A stretch of DNA of 64,000 nucleotides from Acidobacteriaceae bacterium (GCA_965215415.1 CBDCDQ010000002.1:1335-65334); one strand, 5' to 3'. Shown: positions 8,825 through 19,841, counted from the first letter of the stretch. The notes: generated by a model from the letters alone, not told the origin. Numbers and translations: made by a program.

Positions 8825-11786
8825 ATGCCTCGTCGTTCGATCCTCTCCGCCGCCGAGCGGGAGAGTTTGCTTGCCTTGCCCGACAACCGTGACGATCTGA
8901 TTCGGCGGTACACCCTCAGTGAATCCGACCTGTCCATCATCCGGCAGCGCCGCGGTCCGGCGAACCGCCTAGGGTTTGCGATCCAACTCTGCTATCTCCG
9001 TTTTCCCGGCGTTGTTCTTGGCGTCGACCAACTGCCGTTTGCTCCTCTGCTTCATCTTGTTGCTAGCCAACTCGGGATGGCGGTCGATGCGTGGACAGAT
9101 TATGGCAGTCGTGCCGAGACTAGGCGCGAGCACCTGGGAGAACTCCAAACTGTCTTTGGCTTTGAACCGTTCACTACAGGCCATCATCGGCTTGCGGTGC
9201 AGGAACTGATCGAAACCGCAAAGCAGACTGACAAAGGTATCGTGTTGGCGACTACCCTGGTCGAAACGCTTCGCGCCCGAGCGATCCTGCTTCCGCGCTT
9301 GAACACCATCGAGCGGGTTTGCGCGGAGGCAGTCACACGTGCCAATCGCCTGATCTACAAACAGCTTTCGAGTGGATTGACTGTCGACCACCTCGGTCGG
9401 CTCGATCATCTGCTGACGCACAAGGAAGGTGGCAGCCTAACGTGGCTTGGCTGGCTGCGGCAGTCGCCACTCAAGCCGAACTCCAGACACATTCTCGAAC
9501 ATATCGAACGGCTTCGACTATGGCGTGGTCTCGATCTACCTTCCGGCATCGGCCATGAGGTCCATCAGAACCGGCTCTTGAAGATCGCACGCGAGGGCGG
9601 GCAGATGACTTCAGGCGACCTGATGAAGTTTGAACGGGAGCGGCGATATGCGACCTTGGTCGCGCTGTCGATCGAGGGCATGGCCTCCATCACCGACGAG
9701 GTCATCGGTCTTCATGACCGGATCGTCGGCAGGCTGTTCAACACCGCGAAGCATAAGCATCAGGAGCAGTTTCAGACCGACGGGAAGGCGATCAACGAGA
9801 AGCTCCGGCTTTATGGCCGCGTCGGCCAGGTTCTAATTGAAGCCAAACGGAGCGGCGGCGATCCCTTCGCCGCGATTGAAAGCATCGTCTCCTGGGAAGA
9901 GTTCGCCGCAAGCATCACAGAGGCCCAGAAGCTCGCGCAACCTGAGGACTTCGACTTCCTCTACCGGATAGGCGAAGGCTATGCAACGGTTCGACGGTAT
10001 GCGCCGGAGTTGCTGAGCGCCCTCGCCTTGCATGCAGCTCCAGCCGCAAAGGCGGTCCTCGATGCCATCGAACTGCTGCGTGAGATGAACTCCGGCAATG
10101 CCCGCAAGCTGCCCGACGACGCTCCCCTCGGCTTCATCCGCGAGCGCTGGTCCAGGCTCATCTTCACCGATGCCGGCATTGACCGCCGCTACTACGAACT
10201 TTGCGCTCTATCCGAGCTCAAGAATGCTTTGCGATCAGGCGACATCTGGGTTGAAGGCTCTCGTCAGTTCAAGAACTTCAATGAGTACCTGGTGCCTGCT
10301 CAGAAGTTCGCCGCACTCAAGGAGGCTGAAGAGCTCCCTCTGGCGATCGACTCAAATTGCGAACGCTATCTTCAGACCCGTCTGGATGCACTCCATGCGC
10401 AGCTGAAGCTGGTCGATGAATTGGCCGCCGCTAACGATCTTCCGGATGTGGTCATCACCGACTCAGGCTTGAATAACTCCGCTCGACGCATCCGTGCCGC
10501 AAGCCGCTCAGAACCTGATCGACAGAGTTGCCGCCTCGTTGCCTCACGTGAAGATCACCGAGTTGCTCCTCGAAGTCGACCAGTGGACCGGCTTCACCAG
10601 GCACTTCACGCACCTCAAGAACGGGGAAGCCGCAAAGGATCGCATACCTCTGCTGACCACGATCCTTGCCGATGCCATCAACCTCGGCTTGAGCAAGATG
10701 GCTGAATCGTGCCCTGGATCGAGCTATGCGAAGCTCTCCTGGCTCCAGGCCTGGCATATCCGCGATGACACCTATTCAGCGGCGCTCGCGGAGCTCGTAA
10801 ACGCCCAATTCCAGCAGCCGTTTGCGGACAAGTGGGGAGATGGAACAACGTCGTCCTCGGACGGACAACGCTTCAAGGCTGGAGGCAGGGCCGAAAGCAC
10901 CGGCCACATCAACCCAAAGTATGGGGCCGAGCCCGGCAAGCTCTTTTATACCCACATCTCCGATCAATATGCGCCGTTCAGCTCGCAGGTCGTCAACGTC
11001 GGTGTGCGGGACTCCACCTATGTCCTCGATGGGCTGCTTCATCATGAATCCGACCTGCGGATCGAGGAGCATTACACCGACACGGCCGGCTTCACCGATC
11101 ATGTCTTTGCGCTCATGCATCTGCTCGGCTTTCGCTTCGCTCCCCGCATCCGCGATCTGAGCGACACCAAGCTGTACCTGCCACCCGGAAAGGTCAAGTA
11201 TCAGGCCCTCAGAGCCATGACCGGTGGCACCATCAGCCTCAAGGCCATTCGCACACACTGGAACGAAATCCTCCGACTCGCTACTTCGATCAAACAAGGC
11301 ACGGTAACGGCTTCGCTCATGCTCCGGAAGCTGGGAAGCTACCCTCGGCAGAACGGCCTCGCCGTTGCCCTACGCGAACTCGGGCGTATCGAACGAACCC
11401 TGTTCCTTCTCGCCTGGCTACAGAGCGTCGACCTGCGACGCCGCGTTCACGCCGGTCTCAACAAAGGCGAGGCGCGCAATGCCCTTGCAAGAGCTGTATT
11501 CCTCTGTCGCCTCGGCGAGATCAGGGACCGCAGCTTCGAACAGCAACGCTATCGGGCAAGCGGTTTGACCCTCGTCACAGCGGCAATCGCGCTTTGGAAC
11601 ACCGTCTATATAGAAAGAGCCGTTCAGTCTTTCTCCAGCGACGGCCAGACCATCGACCCCGAGCTTCTCAAATACCTCTCTCCGCTTGGGTGGGAGCACA
11701 TCAATCTCACCGGCGACTACCAATGGAATGGCAAGCGGCCCGCACAGGGACGATTCAGGACCCTTCGCACCCCAAATCGGCCTTAG
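8825..11786 (+). pseudogene. tnpA: Tn3-family transposase, interrupted by a 1-nt frameshift near 10472
   Basis: ORFs 8825..10705 and 10494..11786 together cover a full-length TnpA, homologous along its length to the intact 994-aa copy at 32322..35306. Reading ...DVVITDSGL in frame 1 then [19 protein letters not shown] in frame 2 places the shift at about 10470-10474. Confidence 0.85.
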
Positions 11787-11819
11787 CGTACTCCATTGTC
11801 CGTTTTCTCACGCCGCCCC
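11782..11819. repeat. IR-R of Tn3-family transposon 1
   Basis: The reverse complement is GGGGCGGCGTGAGAAAACGGACAATGGAGTACGCTAAG. The tnpA stop lies inside it. Confidence 0.85.
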
Positions 11820-11906
11820 TGTTAGGCCTCTACGGCCCTTCGCAGCCTCAAACGAGTGATCCGAATTCCTTAGCGTACGATTTTGACGTTTGGTGTAGTG
11901 ACCCCC
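11820..11906. mobile_element. remnant right end of a second, different Tn3-family element (tnpA 3' tip plus solo IR)
   Basis: 11869-11906 reverse-complements to GGGGGTCACTACACCAAACGTCAAAATCGTACGCTAAG, the same GGGG...CGTACGCTAAG architecture. The preceding 49 bp read ...VRPLRPFAASNE*, which looks like a TnpA C-terminus. Confidence 0.6.
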
Positions 11907-12574
11907 AGAAGCTCGCAACCGTCCACGGCTCTTGAGTTCACCCCAAAGAGTGGGCCAAAACAAACCGCCGAAGTGGGCCAAGCCAAGTTGCCAAAGTCAG
12001 CGATGGTGCTGGAACTAGGCAAGACGTACTGCTGCTCGGAAATAGCGGAACCGGTAAGACTCACATCGCGCTCGCCCTCGGCTCGCCGCATGCCAGCAAG
12101 GACACCGCGTCCGCTTCACCACCGCCGCCGCCCTGGTCCAGGAACTCATCGAGGTCCGTGATGAGCGGAAGCTGCTGCACTTCCAGAAGCAGGTCGCCAG
12201 GTACGAGCTGCTTATCGTTGATGAACTCGGCTTCGTGCCGCTTTCCCAAGACAGGCGCCGAACTGCTCTTTGAGATGCTCAGCCACGCTACGAACGCGGC
12301 TCGACCATGCTGACCTCGAACCTGCCCTTCGCCGAATGGCCCGAAGTCCTTGGCTCGGAACGCCTCACCGGAGCTCTGCTCGACCGCCTCACCCACCACG
12401 GCCACATCCTCGAGATGAACGGCGACAGCTTCCGCCTCAAACAAAGCCGCAGAAAACAGACACCCGCTACGCTCCAGAGGCCCTCGCCCCCGCAGTCCCC
12501 AACAACCTTCGCAGACTCACAAATGGCTCCCTTTTACTCCGCCACGCTGGTCTCCTCTTATTCCGCCCTTGACA
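11907..12574 (+). pseudogene. istB: IS21-family remnant: 5'-truncated istB with at least three frameshifts, plus the IS right end
   Basis: Pieced across frames: ...AMVLELGK / DVLLLGNSGTGKTHIALALG / LAACQQGHRVRFTTAAALVQELIEVRDERKLLHFQKQVARYELLIVDELGFVPLSQ / TGAELLFEMLS / RYERGSTMLTSNLPFAEWPEVLGSERLTGALLDRLTHHGHILEMNGDSFRLKQ. The TTGACA terminus is at about 12569-12574. Confidence 0.7.
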
Positions 12575-12724
12575 GCTCATAAGACCACGGAGCGGTACCT
12601 CGGGATAGAACAGGCTTTAGCCCATGCCGTCAACGATGCCATCGGGCTGGATATGGGTTCGAAAGGTCCTCCTGATAGACCTTCAGCCTGGCTTCTAAGC
12701 CGGTTAGCAACCCGGGGGCATTAA
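12575..12724 (+). pseudogene. C-terminal fragment of a tyrosine recombinase, cut by the IS21 remnant
   Basis: The frame starting right after the IS end reads AHKTTERYLGIEQALAHAVNDAIGLDMG..., the typical catalytic-Tyr tail (TTERYLG) of integrases. Confidence 0.45.
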
Positions 12725-12789
12725 AAGGAAGACGAGACACCTACGGTACGACTAGTTAGCTATTGCCAACAAACTGTGAAAGTCGCAAA

Positions 12790-13572
12790 TCACTGAGATA
12801 TTTCGGTTCCCCACTGTTTTCCCTCCTGAGAAGATGTCATACCATCCCAGGCTTCAGGTATGTCCAAGTCAAAGCTAACTTCTGCCAGTTCCGGAAAGCT
12901 AATGCTCCTTTTGCTTCGGCTGAGTTTCAACAAAGTTCTGAAAAGAATGGAGAGATCGGAAGAGAAGGTTCCTTCGTCCGCATATTGCTGGTCAAGAGTT
13001 GCTTTTAGGGGGTTGAGGAAACTCGTGGTGTAGTGTTCTATGAACTCCTCTGGAATCCGGGCCAGCATTTCATCCTCGTGCGAGAAGACAACGGTTGCAG
13101 CTCCGGTGATTCCGGGTCTGCAGTGCATCTGCATCTGCTCATGCTGCTCGAGCTTTGGGCGCGGACCAACCAGGCTCATCTCGCCGAGTACGACGTTGTA
13201 GAGCTGCGGGAGTTCATCGAGCTTGAGACGGCGCAGCATCGATCCGACACGAGTGACGCGGGGGTCTCCGCGGCGCGTGACGGAGGGGCCTTCCTGCTCG
13301 GCAAACTGATGCATGGTGCGAAACTTGTATATGGTGAAAAGCTTCTGATTTTTACCGACGCGCTTCTGGCGGAAGAACGCGGGACCGGAGGAGGTGGTCT
13401 TGATCAGAATGGCGACAGCGCCCAGCACGGGGAGTGAGCAGAGGAGTGCGGGTACAGCGACTGAGAGATCGAAAGCGCGCTTGCGGAAGGTATGCACCCA
13501 TAACTTGTTCGAAGGATGCCTTGCTGAGTCAGTTTGATCAAGCAACATCAATCGGGAGAAGTTGGCGTTCAT
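12790..13572 (-). CDS. bacterial sugar transferase (undecaprenyl-phosphate hexose-1-phosphate transferase type, EPS priming enzyme)
   Basis: KRAFDLSVAVPALLCSLPVLGAVAILIK...GPAFFRQKRVGKNQKLFTIYKFRTMH...DELPQLYNVVLGEMSLVGPRP. Confidence 0.9.
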   Translation of the reverse strand: MNANFSRLMLLDQTDSARHPSNKLWVHTFRKRAFDLSVAVPALLCSLPVLGAVAILIKTTSSGPAFFRQKRVGKNQKLFTIYKFRTMHQFAEQEGPSVTRRGDPRVTRVGSMLRRLKLDELPQLYNVVLGEMSLVGPRPKLEQHEQMQMHCRPGITGAATVVFSHEDEMLARIPEEFIEHYTTSFLNPLKATLDQQYADEGTFSSDLSILFRTLLKLSRSKRSISFPELAEVSFDLDIPEAWDGMTSSQEGKQWGTEISQ

Positions 13573-13811
13573 GTGGCCTTTGGTCGATCCGTGGGCTTAT
13601 CGTTGACTCGGAATGTTCATGCTAGCAGTTATTCGCTAAAAGATAAGGTGGTGTTCCTCTCCTCTACCCGGCAACCTTAGAAGATCTTCCATTAAATCCG
13701 ACAGTTCTCTGGGCGCAAAGAGCACTCGTTAAGCAAGGGAGCTGTGCAGCTATCGCTTTGTCAGTCTGCTCATCATAAAGGGGGATGCTGCCCTCCGCAA
13801 TAGACGGGTAG

Positions 13812-16520
13812 CTATCTGAGGACCTGGACCGCAGCCGCACCCAAGGCTAATTGAGAGAAGAGTTGAGAATAATCGATAACGTCGCGAAGCCTCGATTGCC
13901 TGATGGGCTTCTCCGGGATGACGATGGTATCCCCGGGGTAGATGGGGGCCGCGTTGAAGTTTTCGCCCCAGGGACCACTACGTGTGTCGTGACTGTAGAT
14001 GGAGCCGTCGGCGCGAATGATAAAGGCGCGTTTCGGGTCGGCGACGCGATTAGGTTTGCCGGCAAGAAGGAGGTAGTTGCGAACCCTGCTGGCGCTGTTG
14101 TAGAGGAAGACATTTTGCCCGTTGACCGATCCTACGACGCTGACGACGGCCGGCCGGGAGGGCACGCGGAAGAGGTCGCCATCCTCCATGGGGATGGCAG
14201 GAATGGCGTCCATGGTTCCGCTGGCAGGCTTGAACTCGAGCACGACGCGGCCTGTGGCACGCATGCGCCGGATCTGTTCGATGAGCGCGGACTGGTTGCT
14301 GGAGGCGCCGAGGGTAGCTGCCGCGCCGGTAGCCGAAAGCGAGCGGAAGGCAGACTCCCGCTCCATGTTCGTCGTGAGGGTGGAGACGTACTCGGTGAGC
14401 CGCTGCTGCTGGAGGACACGGGCAGATTCACGGGTGAAGGACGAGCCATAGAGGTACGCCTTGTCGGTTAGGCCTCCGGCCTTGCGGACGACATCCTGGA
14501 GAGTTTCCCCAGGGGCGACGCTGTAGACGCCGGCGTTGACGAATTCGCCTTCGAGCCGGACATATTTGGTCTGGTCGTCCTGGCGAACGTGAATATCGTT
14601 CTGCGAGAGGATGGTTACGATATCGCCGGGTTGCAGGGGAAGATCCTGGCTGGGGTCGCGACCGTTGACCAGCTTACCAAGATCAAAGGGGACCAGAGAG
14701 TTCCGCAAGGTCTTTGGGTCTAGGCGCTGGATCACGGCGTAAGACCAGTCGATCTCCGGGACGGCAATCTGGATTTCAGTGGTGCGGCCCCTGGGCGCAA
14801 GGTTGCGCGTGGAGGCGACCTGCTGGTCGGCGAGTGAGCCGCGGTTGTCCTGCTGGGAGGAATCGGGATCGGTGAGGCGTTCGCGTGCCTCCAGGGCGGT
14901 GCGGGGTGAGTCCGGCGCCTGGCGATCGGGGTCGGGGTAACTATAGGGGTACTGGCCGTCGGGTAGGCTCCCGTCGGCGGGGGTGCGCTGCTGGGTTTGC
15001 GATCTGGAGTACTGGTTGGGGTACTGGTTGGCGAGGGGCCGATCGCTGTTGCGGTCGTTTTGTAGATCCGTGGCGCTGCGCCGGTCCTGCGTGGGTTCGA
15101 AGAGAGGCGTCGGCAGGCCCAGGCGGATTCTGTCTCGCCAGTAGTCGTTGGTAAGCAGCGACTCGCGATCCGGGATAATGTCGCTCAGCTTCATGCCTTC
15201 GTGCCAGGGGAAGCGCCCGGAATTGGCCAGGTTGCCTCGGATGGTGACGGAATCCTTGTAGCCGATGGACACCGGGTCGACATGCAGGACGTCGCCCCCG
15301 AGGACCGGTGTGGCAAGGCCTGCCTGGTCCAGGGAGACGCTCATGGCGCGGCGTACGTGATGATCCTCGATGCGTTCGATCGCGACGCGCCCTTCGCTGG
15401 CCGTAGAGCTTGGGCCGCCGGCGTCTGCCAGGGCATCTTTTAGCGTATCGGAGGGGCCAACCTCGTAGATGGCGGGATGTTTGACGCTTCCGCTGATGGC
15501 AATCTGCGGGCCGACAAAGGGGATGAAGATGACGTCTCCGGACTGGAGGACGAGATCGTTGGTGCGGTCGCCTTTAAGGATGAGGTCGTAGAGGTCGAGC
15601 GTGGCAATAGTCCCCGAGCCGCGACGTATCTGCACGGCGCGCAGGGATCCCTGGGGTGTGGGACCGCCTGAGGAAAGCAGAGCATTGAAGGCTGTTGACA
15701 GGGAGCTGACGGTGTAGCTGCCCGGCGCGTAGGCCTCGCCCAGAACGAAGACCTGGATGGAACGCAGTTTGCCGAGATTGGCTGAGAACTCGAAGTTCTT
15801 GTAGGTGCGGCCCAGTTCCTGGCGAAGACGCTGGTCGAGATCGCGAAAGCGCAGGCCGGCTACGTTGACCGAACCCAGGTGCGGCACATAGATTGCGCCG
15901 GACCGGTCTACCGTAAGCCGCAGGTTTTCGTTGGTGTGGCCGGAGATGCGAAGCAGAACCTCATCTCCTGGACCAAGGACGTAATCGGGCGACGCCGGAA
16001 TCTGATCTACAGGGGCAAAGGTCGAGGGCGGGTTGCGGAAGAGCTCGCGTCCAAAGATCGGCAGCAGCTCTCCGGTCGACTGGCGAGCGAGCTTCTGGAG
16101 GTCGGTGAGCGGCTCCGGACGGAGCACGCGGCGTTCCTGTGTCAGAGTGTTTGGGTTCTGCGGAAAGCCTGCAGAATCGACATAGACATCGCGCCCGACG
16201 CTATCGGTTTGCTGGGTGGGTTGCTGCTGCTGGGGGGGCGTGACAGAAGGATAGCGGCCGGATGGATCCTGGACGCTAGATGGAACCTGGCAGATGCCGG
16301 CGCCGCTGTAACGTGGATCGGAACAGTCCGTTGTTGGTGTCGGGAGAGTCTGTGCCCAGCCTGCGAACGTTCCAAGCGCGAGCGTCGCAAACCCAATGCC
16401 GAGCTGTCTAAGCCTTGCTCTATCCACGCAATACCCAAAAACAAACAAGATGATGGAGCAACCAGGCCACACCGTCCCAGGCAATCCATGTGGTGCCAAT
16501 CTCATTCTACGATAGGCCAT
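13812..16520 (-). CDS. polysaccharide export protein (Wza-like, multiple SLBB-type repeats)
   Basis: 902 aa. YVLGPGDEVLLRISG..., repeated GDVIFIP / GDIVTI / GDTIVIP beta-grasp-like motifs, and an N-terminal hydrophobic leader. Confidence 0.85.
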   Translation of the reverse strand: MAYRRMRLAPHGLPGTVWPGCSIILFVFGYCVDRARLRQLGIGFATLALGTFAGWAQTLPTPTTDCSDPRYSGAGICQVPSSVQDPSGRYPSVTPPQQQQPTQQTDSVGRDVYVDSAGFPQNPNTLTQERRVLRPEPLTDLQKLARQSTGELLPIFGRELFRNPPSTFAPVDQIPASPDYVLGPGDEVLLRISGHTNENLRLTVDRSGAIYVPHLGSVNVAGLRFRDLDQRLRQELGRTYKNFEFSANLGKLRSIQVFVLGEAYAPGSYTVSSLSTAFNALLSSGGPTPQGSLRAVQIRRGSGTIATLDLYDLILKGDRTNDLVLQSGDVIFIPFVGPQIAISGSVKHPAIYEVGPSDTLKDALADAGGPSSTASEGRVAIERIEDHHVRRAMSVSLDQAGLATPVLGGDVLHVDPVSIGYKDSVTIRGNLANSGRFPWHEGMKLSDIIPDRESLLTNDYWRDRIRLGLPTPLFEPTQDRRSATDLQNDRNSDRPLANQYPNQYSRSQTQQRTPADGSLPDGQYPYSYPDPDRQAPDSPRTALEARERLTDPDSSQQDNRGSLADQQVASTRNLAPRGRTTEIQIAVPEIDWSYAVIQRLDPKTLRNSLVPFDLGKLVNGRDPSQDLPLQPGDIVTILSQNDIHVRQDDQTKYVRLEGEFVNAGVYSVAPGETLQDVVRKAGGLTDKAYLYGSSFTRESARVLQQQRLTEYVSTLTTNMERESAFRSLSATGAAATLGASSNQSALIEQIRRMRATGRVVLEFKPASGTMDAIPAIPMEDGDLFRVPSRPAVVSVVGSVNGQNVFLYNSASRVRNYLLLAGKPNRVADPKRAFIIRADGSIYSHDTRSGPWGENFNAAPIYPGDTIVIPEKPIRQSRLRDVIDYSQLFSQLALGAAAVQVLR

Positions 16521-16554
16521 CTGCAGACACGTGGGACCGCTCCGGGGAGGACGC

Positions 16555-18369
16555 TCAGTGGCGGAGGGTGCGGGTAAGACGGAGTTGCGGGTAATAGGTC
16601 AACTGGACCGTTGCCGAGAAGGTGCGCTGCTGGCCGGATGCGACCAGCGGCGCCTTCCAGAGCTCTTGCTGGAGCTGGGTGTTGATCTCGAAGTTGGGTG
16701 TTGGGCGCAGCACGGCGGATGCGCCGAAGTCGTGCAGAGTCGATCCGCCCGGGATGAAGGCGCTGTCCGACTTCGCGTTGCGGTAGAACAACTGCACCGA
16801 TTGATTGCCGTCGCGGTGGTAAGTCATCCAGGCCTGGCCACCTTTACCCTGCCGACCGATCCAATCGCCGATCATCTGGCTTTTGTTGGTGTATCCCTGC
16901 TGCTGCACAACCTCCCAGTAGAGGAACTGCCCATCGCGATAGCCGGAGACCGAGGGGTCGGACGTGACGCCTTCGACGCGTAGATCGATCTTGTTGAACC
17001 TGGGGAAGCGGGCGAGATAGAGGCCCGGGCGGTATCCTGAGCGGCCGGGATTGCTGACGGCAAAGACGTTGTCGTGGACGGTCGAGTCGAAGTAGAGCGT
17101 GACCCACCGGGTAAGGTAAGGCAGCCGCCAGGTGAAATCGAACTCGCTGAAGCGCGCGCCCGGATCGGCACGGGAGAACTTTACGTCCGGCTGCACGCCG
17201 GTGAGGCTGAAGAAGCTGCGCAGAAAGGTATGGACGGTGACCGGTACATGGCCTTCGCCGCCCCAGATGACGGAGCGTTGGAAGCCGAACTCGAGATTGG
17301 GATGAGGCTTGAAGCTGAACTTTTCCGAGTGAATCCATGGATCGTTCGGGTAGGCATGACCCTTGAGGCTGCCCACGAAAAAATCGTACCGCGCCAGCCC
17401 GATCAGGCGTGAGAGCCCGGGAATCCAGAGCGGCTCGACGCGATTGATGCGGAAGGAGTAGATGTTTTCGGCGTTATTGCTCCATGCCATGGCGCCGCCG
17501 ACGCCGGGGCCAAGCCAAGCGTCGCTCTTACCGAACGAGATCTCATGGCGGAGCAGGTTAAGGGAGAGGTTCGCGTTGAGCAGGCGAAACGTCTGCACCT
17601 GCGGGAGGGGGCCTGCCGGAATCGTGCTCTGCGGGACGTTGGGGGTGGTGTCGATTGCCGCAAGCGTGCTTGCGACCGACGGCGAGTAGCCCATGGTGGA
17701 TGGCGTCCGCTGATACTCCCCACGGACGAAGAGCGTGAAGCGTCCCTGCCCGGAGCGGGCAATGAAGCCGGTACTGTTGTTGAAGCCGCTGTGCACGGGC
17801 CGGCCGAAATCATTGACGAAGGTCTGGCCGAGATGGAGGCTGTCGTTCAGCACCGGTCCGCTGATGCCGCGCATGCGGGTGTACAGCGCCTCGGGCTGGG
17901 TGGTCAAGCTCCGTGGGTCTGCTTGCTCGTCCACGTGCAGCTCTCGGTGCACGCGGTCGAAGATGTCCTCGGCCTCGGGATCGTTGGTGCCTGCACCGAG
18001 GATTGCATCCTGAGAGTAGGCAAGCATTGCCCGGACGGAGTCGCGGGTCCACGGGCGCAAGCCCAGGAACGCTGTTGGGACGTAGCCGAGGGAGTAAAGC
18101 CGCAGCATGGCGGGATAGATCCAGCTATCGAGCGGAATGTACGTCGAGCCGCGTGCCTGTTTCGGATCGTAGGTTGAGGGGTAGAGCAGAGGCACGGGCT
18201 GGGCGGCGGCATGGTCTTCCGGGTCTTTCCCGTCTTCGAGAGGCTCACCGGCGGGTGGCGCATAGGACACGGCAGAGGGTACGGCGAGCGCGGCGGCGGG
18301 GAGTTTGAGAAGCTGGGATCGGGCACAGCCGGGTGCCGTCAACGCGAGCAGGAGAACCGCCTTATGCAT
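16555..18369 (-). CDS. wzi: capsule assembly Wzi-family outer-membrane protein
   Basis: Signal peptide, then YIPLDSWIYPAMLRLYSLGYVPTAFLGLRPWTRDSV (a Wzi-like N-terminal motif), followed by beta-barrel-like alternating sequence ending in an aromatic-rich C-terminus. Confidence 0.7.
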   Translation of the reverse strand: MHKAVLLLALTAPGCARSQLLKLPAAALAVPSAVSYAPPAGEPLEDGKDPEDHAAAQPVPLLYPSTYDPKQARGSTYIPLDSWIYPAMLRLYSLGYVPTAFLGLRPWTRDSVRAMLAYSQDAILGAGTNDPEAEDIFDRVHRELHVDEQADPRSLTTQPEALYTRMRGISGPVLNDSLHLGQTFVNDFGRPVHSGFNNSTGFIARSGQGRFTLFVRGEYQRTPSTMGYSPSVASTLAAIDTTPNVPQSTIPAGPLPQVQTFRLLNANLSLNLLRHEISFGKSDAWLGPGVGGAMAWSNNAENIYSFRINRVEPLWIPGLSRLIGLARYDFFVGSLKGHAYPNDPWIHSEKFSFKPHPNLEFGFQRSVIWGGEGHVPVTVHTFLRSFFSLTGVQPDVKFSRADPGARFSEFDFTWRLPYLTRWVTLYFDSTVHDNVFAVSNPGRSGYRPGLYLARFPRFNKIDLRVEGVTSDPSVSGYRDGQFLYWEVVQQQGYTNKSQMIGDWIGRQGKGGQAWMTYHRDGNQSVQLFYRNAKSDSAFIPGGSTLHDFGASAVLRPTPNFEINTQLQQELWKAPLVASGQQRTFSATVQLTYYPQLRLTRTLRH

Positions 18370-18520
18370 GGCTTGTAGAGACTCCGCGAACGGCTGGGAT
18401 GGGGTGCCGGGCTAATATGGAATACCGGCAGTCGGGCAGGCCTAATGATGCCATGCCGGGATGAAGTGTTGAGAGTATCTGGATTTCAATCTACAGAAGC
18501 CGCTGAGTAAGCTGCAAAGC

Positions 18521-19792
18521 ATGGAGTTTAGAGAGTCATCCCCACCGCAGACAGGTTTATCGCCGGTTGTTTCTGCCGCCGCCACGGCCCCGGTCTCCGG
18601 ATCAGTGCAGGCCGAGGTCTCTTTGCTTTGGCTGCTGGTGATCCTCGCTCGCGAGAAGCGGCTGATTGTGTCTACGACGGTGGGGACCGCGGTGGTCGCT
18701 CTGCTGCTGGCGCTGATGCTTCCGGTCCGGTATACGGCGGTGACGACGTTTCTGCCACCGCAGCAGACGGGTTCCGCGACGTCCGCGATTCTCGCTCAAC
18801 TTGGTTCGCTGGGGTCGCTTGCCGGCGTGGGCGGAGCAGGCGCCGGATTGAAGAATACAAACGACTTGTATATCGCCTTGCTGAAGAGCGAGACGGTTGA
18901 GAACGGTATGATCCAGCGGTTTGAGTTGATGCGCGAGTATCGCGACAAACGGATCTCCGATGCCCGAAGGGACTTCGAGAAGCACAGCGAGGTGGATGGC
19001 AGCGGGAAGGACGGTTTGATCCGGGTCTCGGTGCAGGACCATGATCCTGGCCGGGCCGCGGAGCTGGCGAACGGGTACATCGCCGAATACCGTCAGGTCT
19101 CGGCCGGATTGGCTGTCGGCGAAGCAGCGCAGCGCCGCGCTTTCTTCGAAAAGCAGCTGCTGGAGGCGAAGGATATTCTCGCCCATGCCGAGGAATCGCT
19201 GAAGCAGACGGAGCAGACCACCGGGGTGATTCAGATGGATAGCCAGGCTCGCGCCCTGATCGAGGCGGCGGGAAGCCTTCGCGCGCAGATCGAGGCCAAG
19301 GAGGTGCAGGTGCAGTCCATGCGGACCTACTCCGGCAGCGGCAACACGGATCTGATCGAGGCAGAGCAGCAGCTTGCCAGCATGAAGGCACAACTCGCCA
19401 AGCTGGTGGGCAACGGAGGAGAGGCAAGCTCCGGATTGATGGTCGCCCGCGGATCGATCCCGCAGGCTGGCCTGGAGTATGTCCGGAAGCTGCGCGATGT
19501 GAAGTACAACGAGACCATCTTCGAGATTCTGGCGAGGCAGTTTGAAGCGGCGAAGCTGGACGAAGCCAAGCAGGGGCAGCTCATCCAGGTGGTCGATCCG
19601 GCCAGGATTCCGGACCGGCGGAGCTTTCCCAGGTACTCTCTTTTCCTTGCCGGTGGCCTGTTGCTTGGATTCTGCTCCGGCTGTGTCCGGGCCTGGTGGC
19701 GGCAGGGGATGCGCTACCTGAACTCTGTGCCCGAGTACCAGAGCGAGATGAACGAACTGCGCAAAGCCCTGTCGTCTGCGAAGCGGGCCTGA
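18521..19792 (+). CDS. Wzz/GumC-like polysaccharide chain-length determinant (no kinase domain)
   Basis: N-terminal TM, coiled-coil middle, C-terminal ...VVDPARIPDRRSFPR plus a second TM. Confidence 0.8.
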   Translation: MEFRESSPPQTGLSPVVSAAATAPVSGSVQAEVSLLWLLVILAREKRLIVSTTVGTAVVALLLALMLPVRYTAVTTFLPPQQTGSATSAILAQLGSLGSLAGVGGAGAGLKNTNDLYIALLKSETVENGMIQRFELMREYRDKRISDARRDFEKHSEVDGSGKDGLIRVSVQDHDPGRAAELANGYIAEYRQVSAGLAVGEAAQRRAFFEKQLLEAKDILAHAEESLKQTEQTTGVIQMDSQARALIEAAGSLRAQIEAKEVQVQSMRTYSGSGNTDLIEAEQQLASMKAQLAKLVGNGGEASSGLMVARGSIPQAGLEYVRKLRDVKYNETIFEILARQFEAAKLDEAKQGQLIQVVDPARIPDRRSFPRYSLFLAGGLLLGFCSGCVRAWWRQGMRYLNSVPEYQSEMNELRKALSSAKRA

Positions 19793-19841
19793 GATCGGCG
19801 CCGGAGAGTCGATCGGGCCGGGCGAGGCGGTAAGCCGCGCG

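Larger units (their letters stand above)
8075..11819. mobile_element. Tn3-family transposon 1 (tnpR and tnpA divergent, tnpA frameshifted)
   Basis: Bounded by 38-bp terminal IRs of the GGGG...ACGCTAAG type (31/38 identical). Contains a serine resolvase and a Tn3-type transposase. The flanking 5-mers differ (AAAGA vs TGTTA). Confidence 0.9.
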
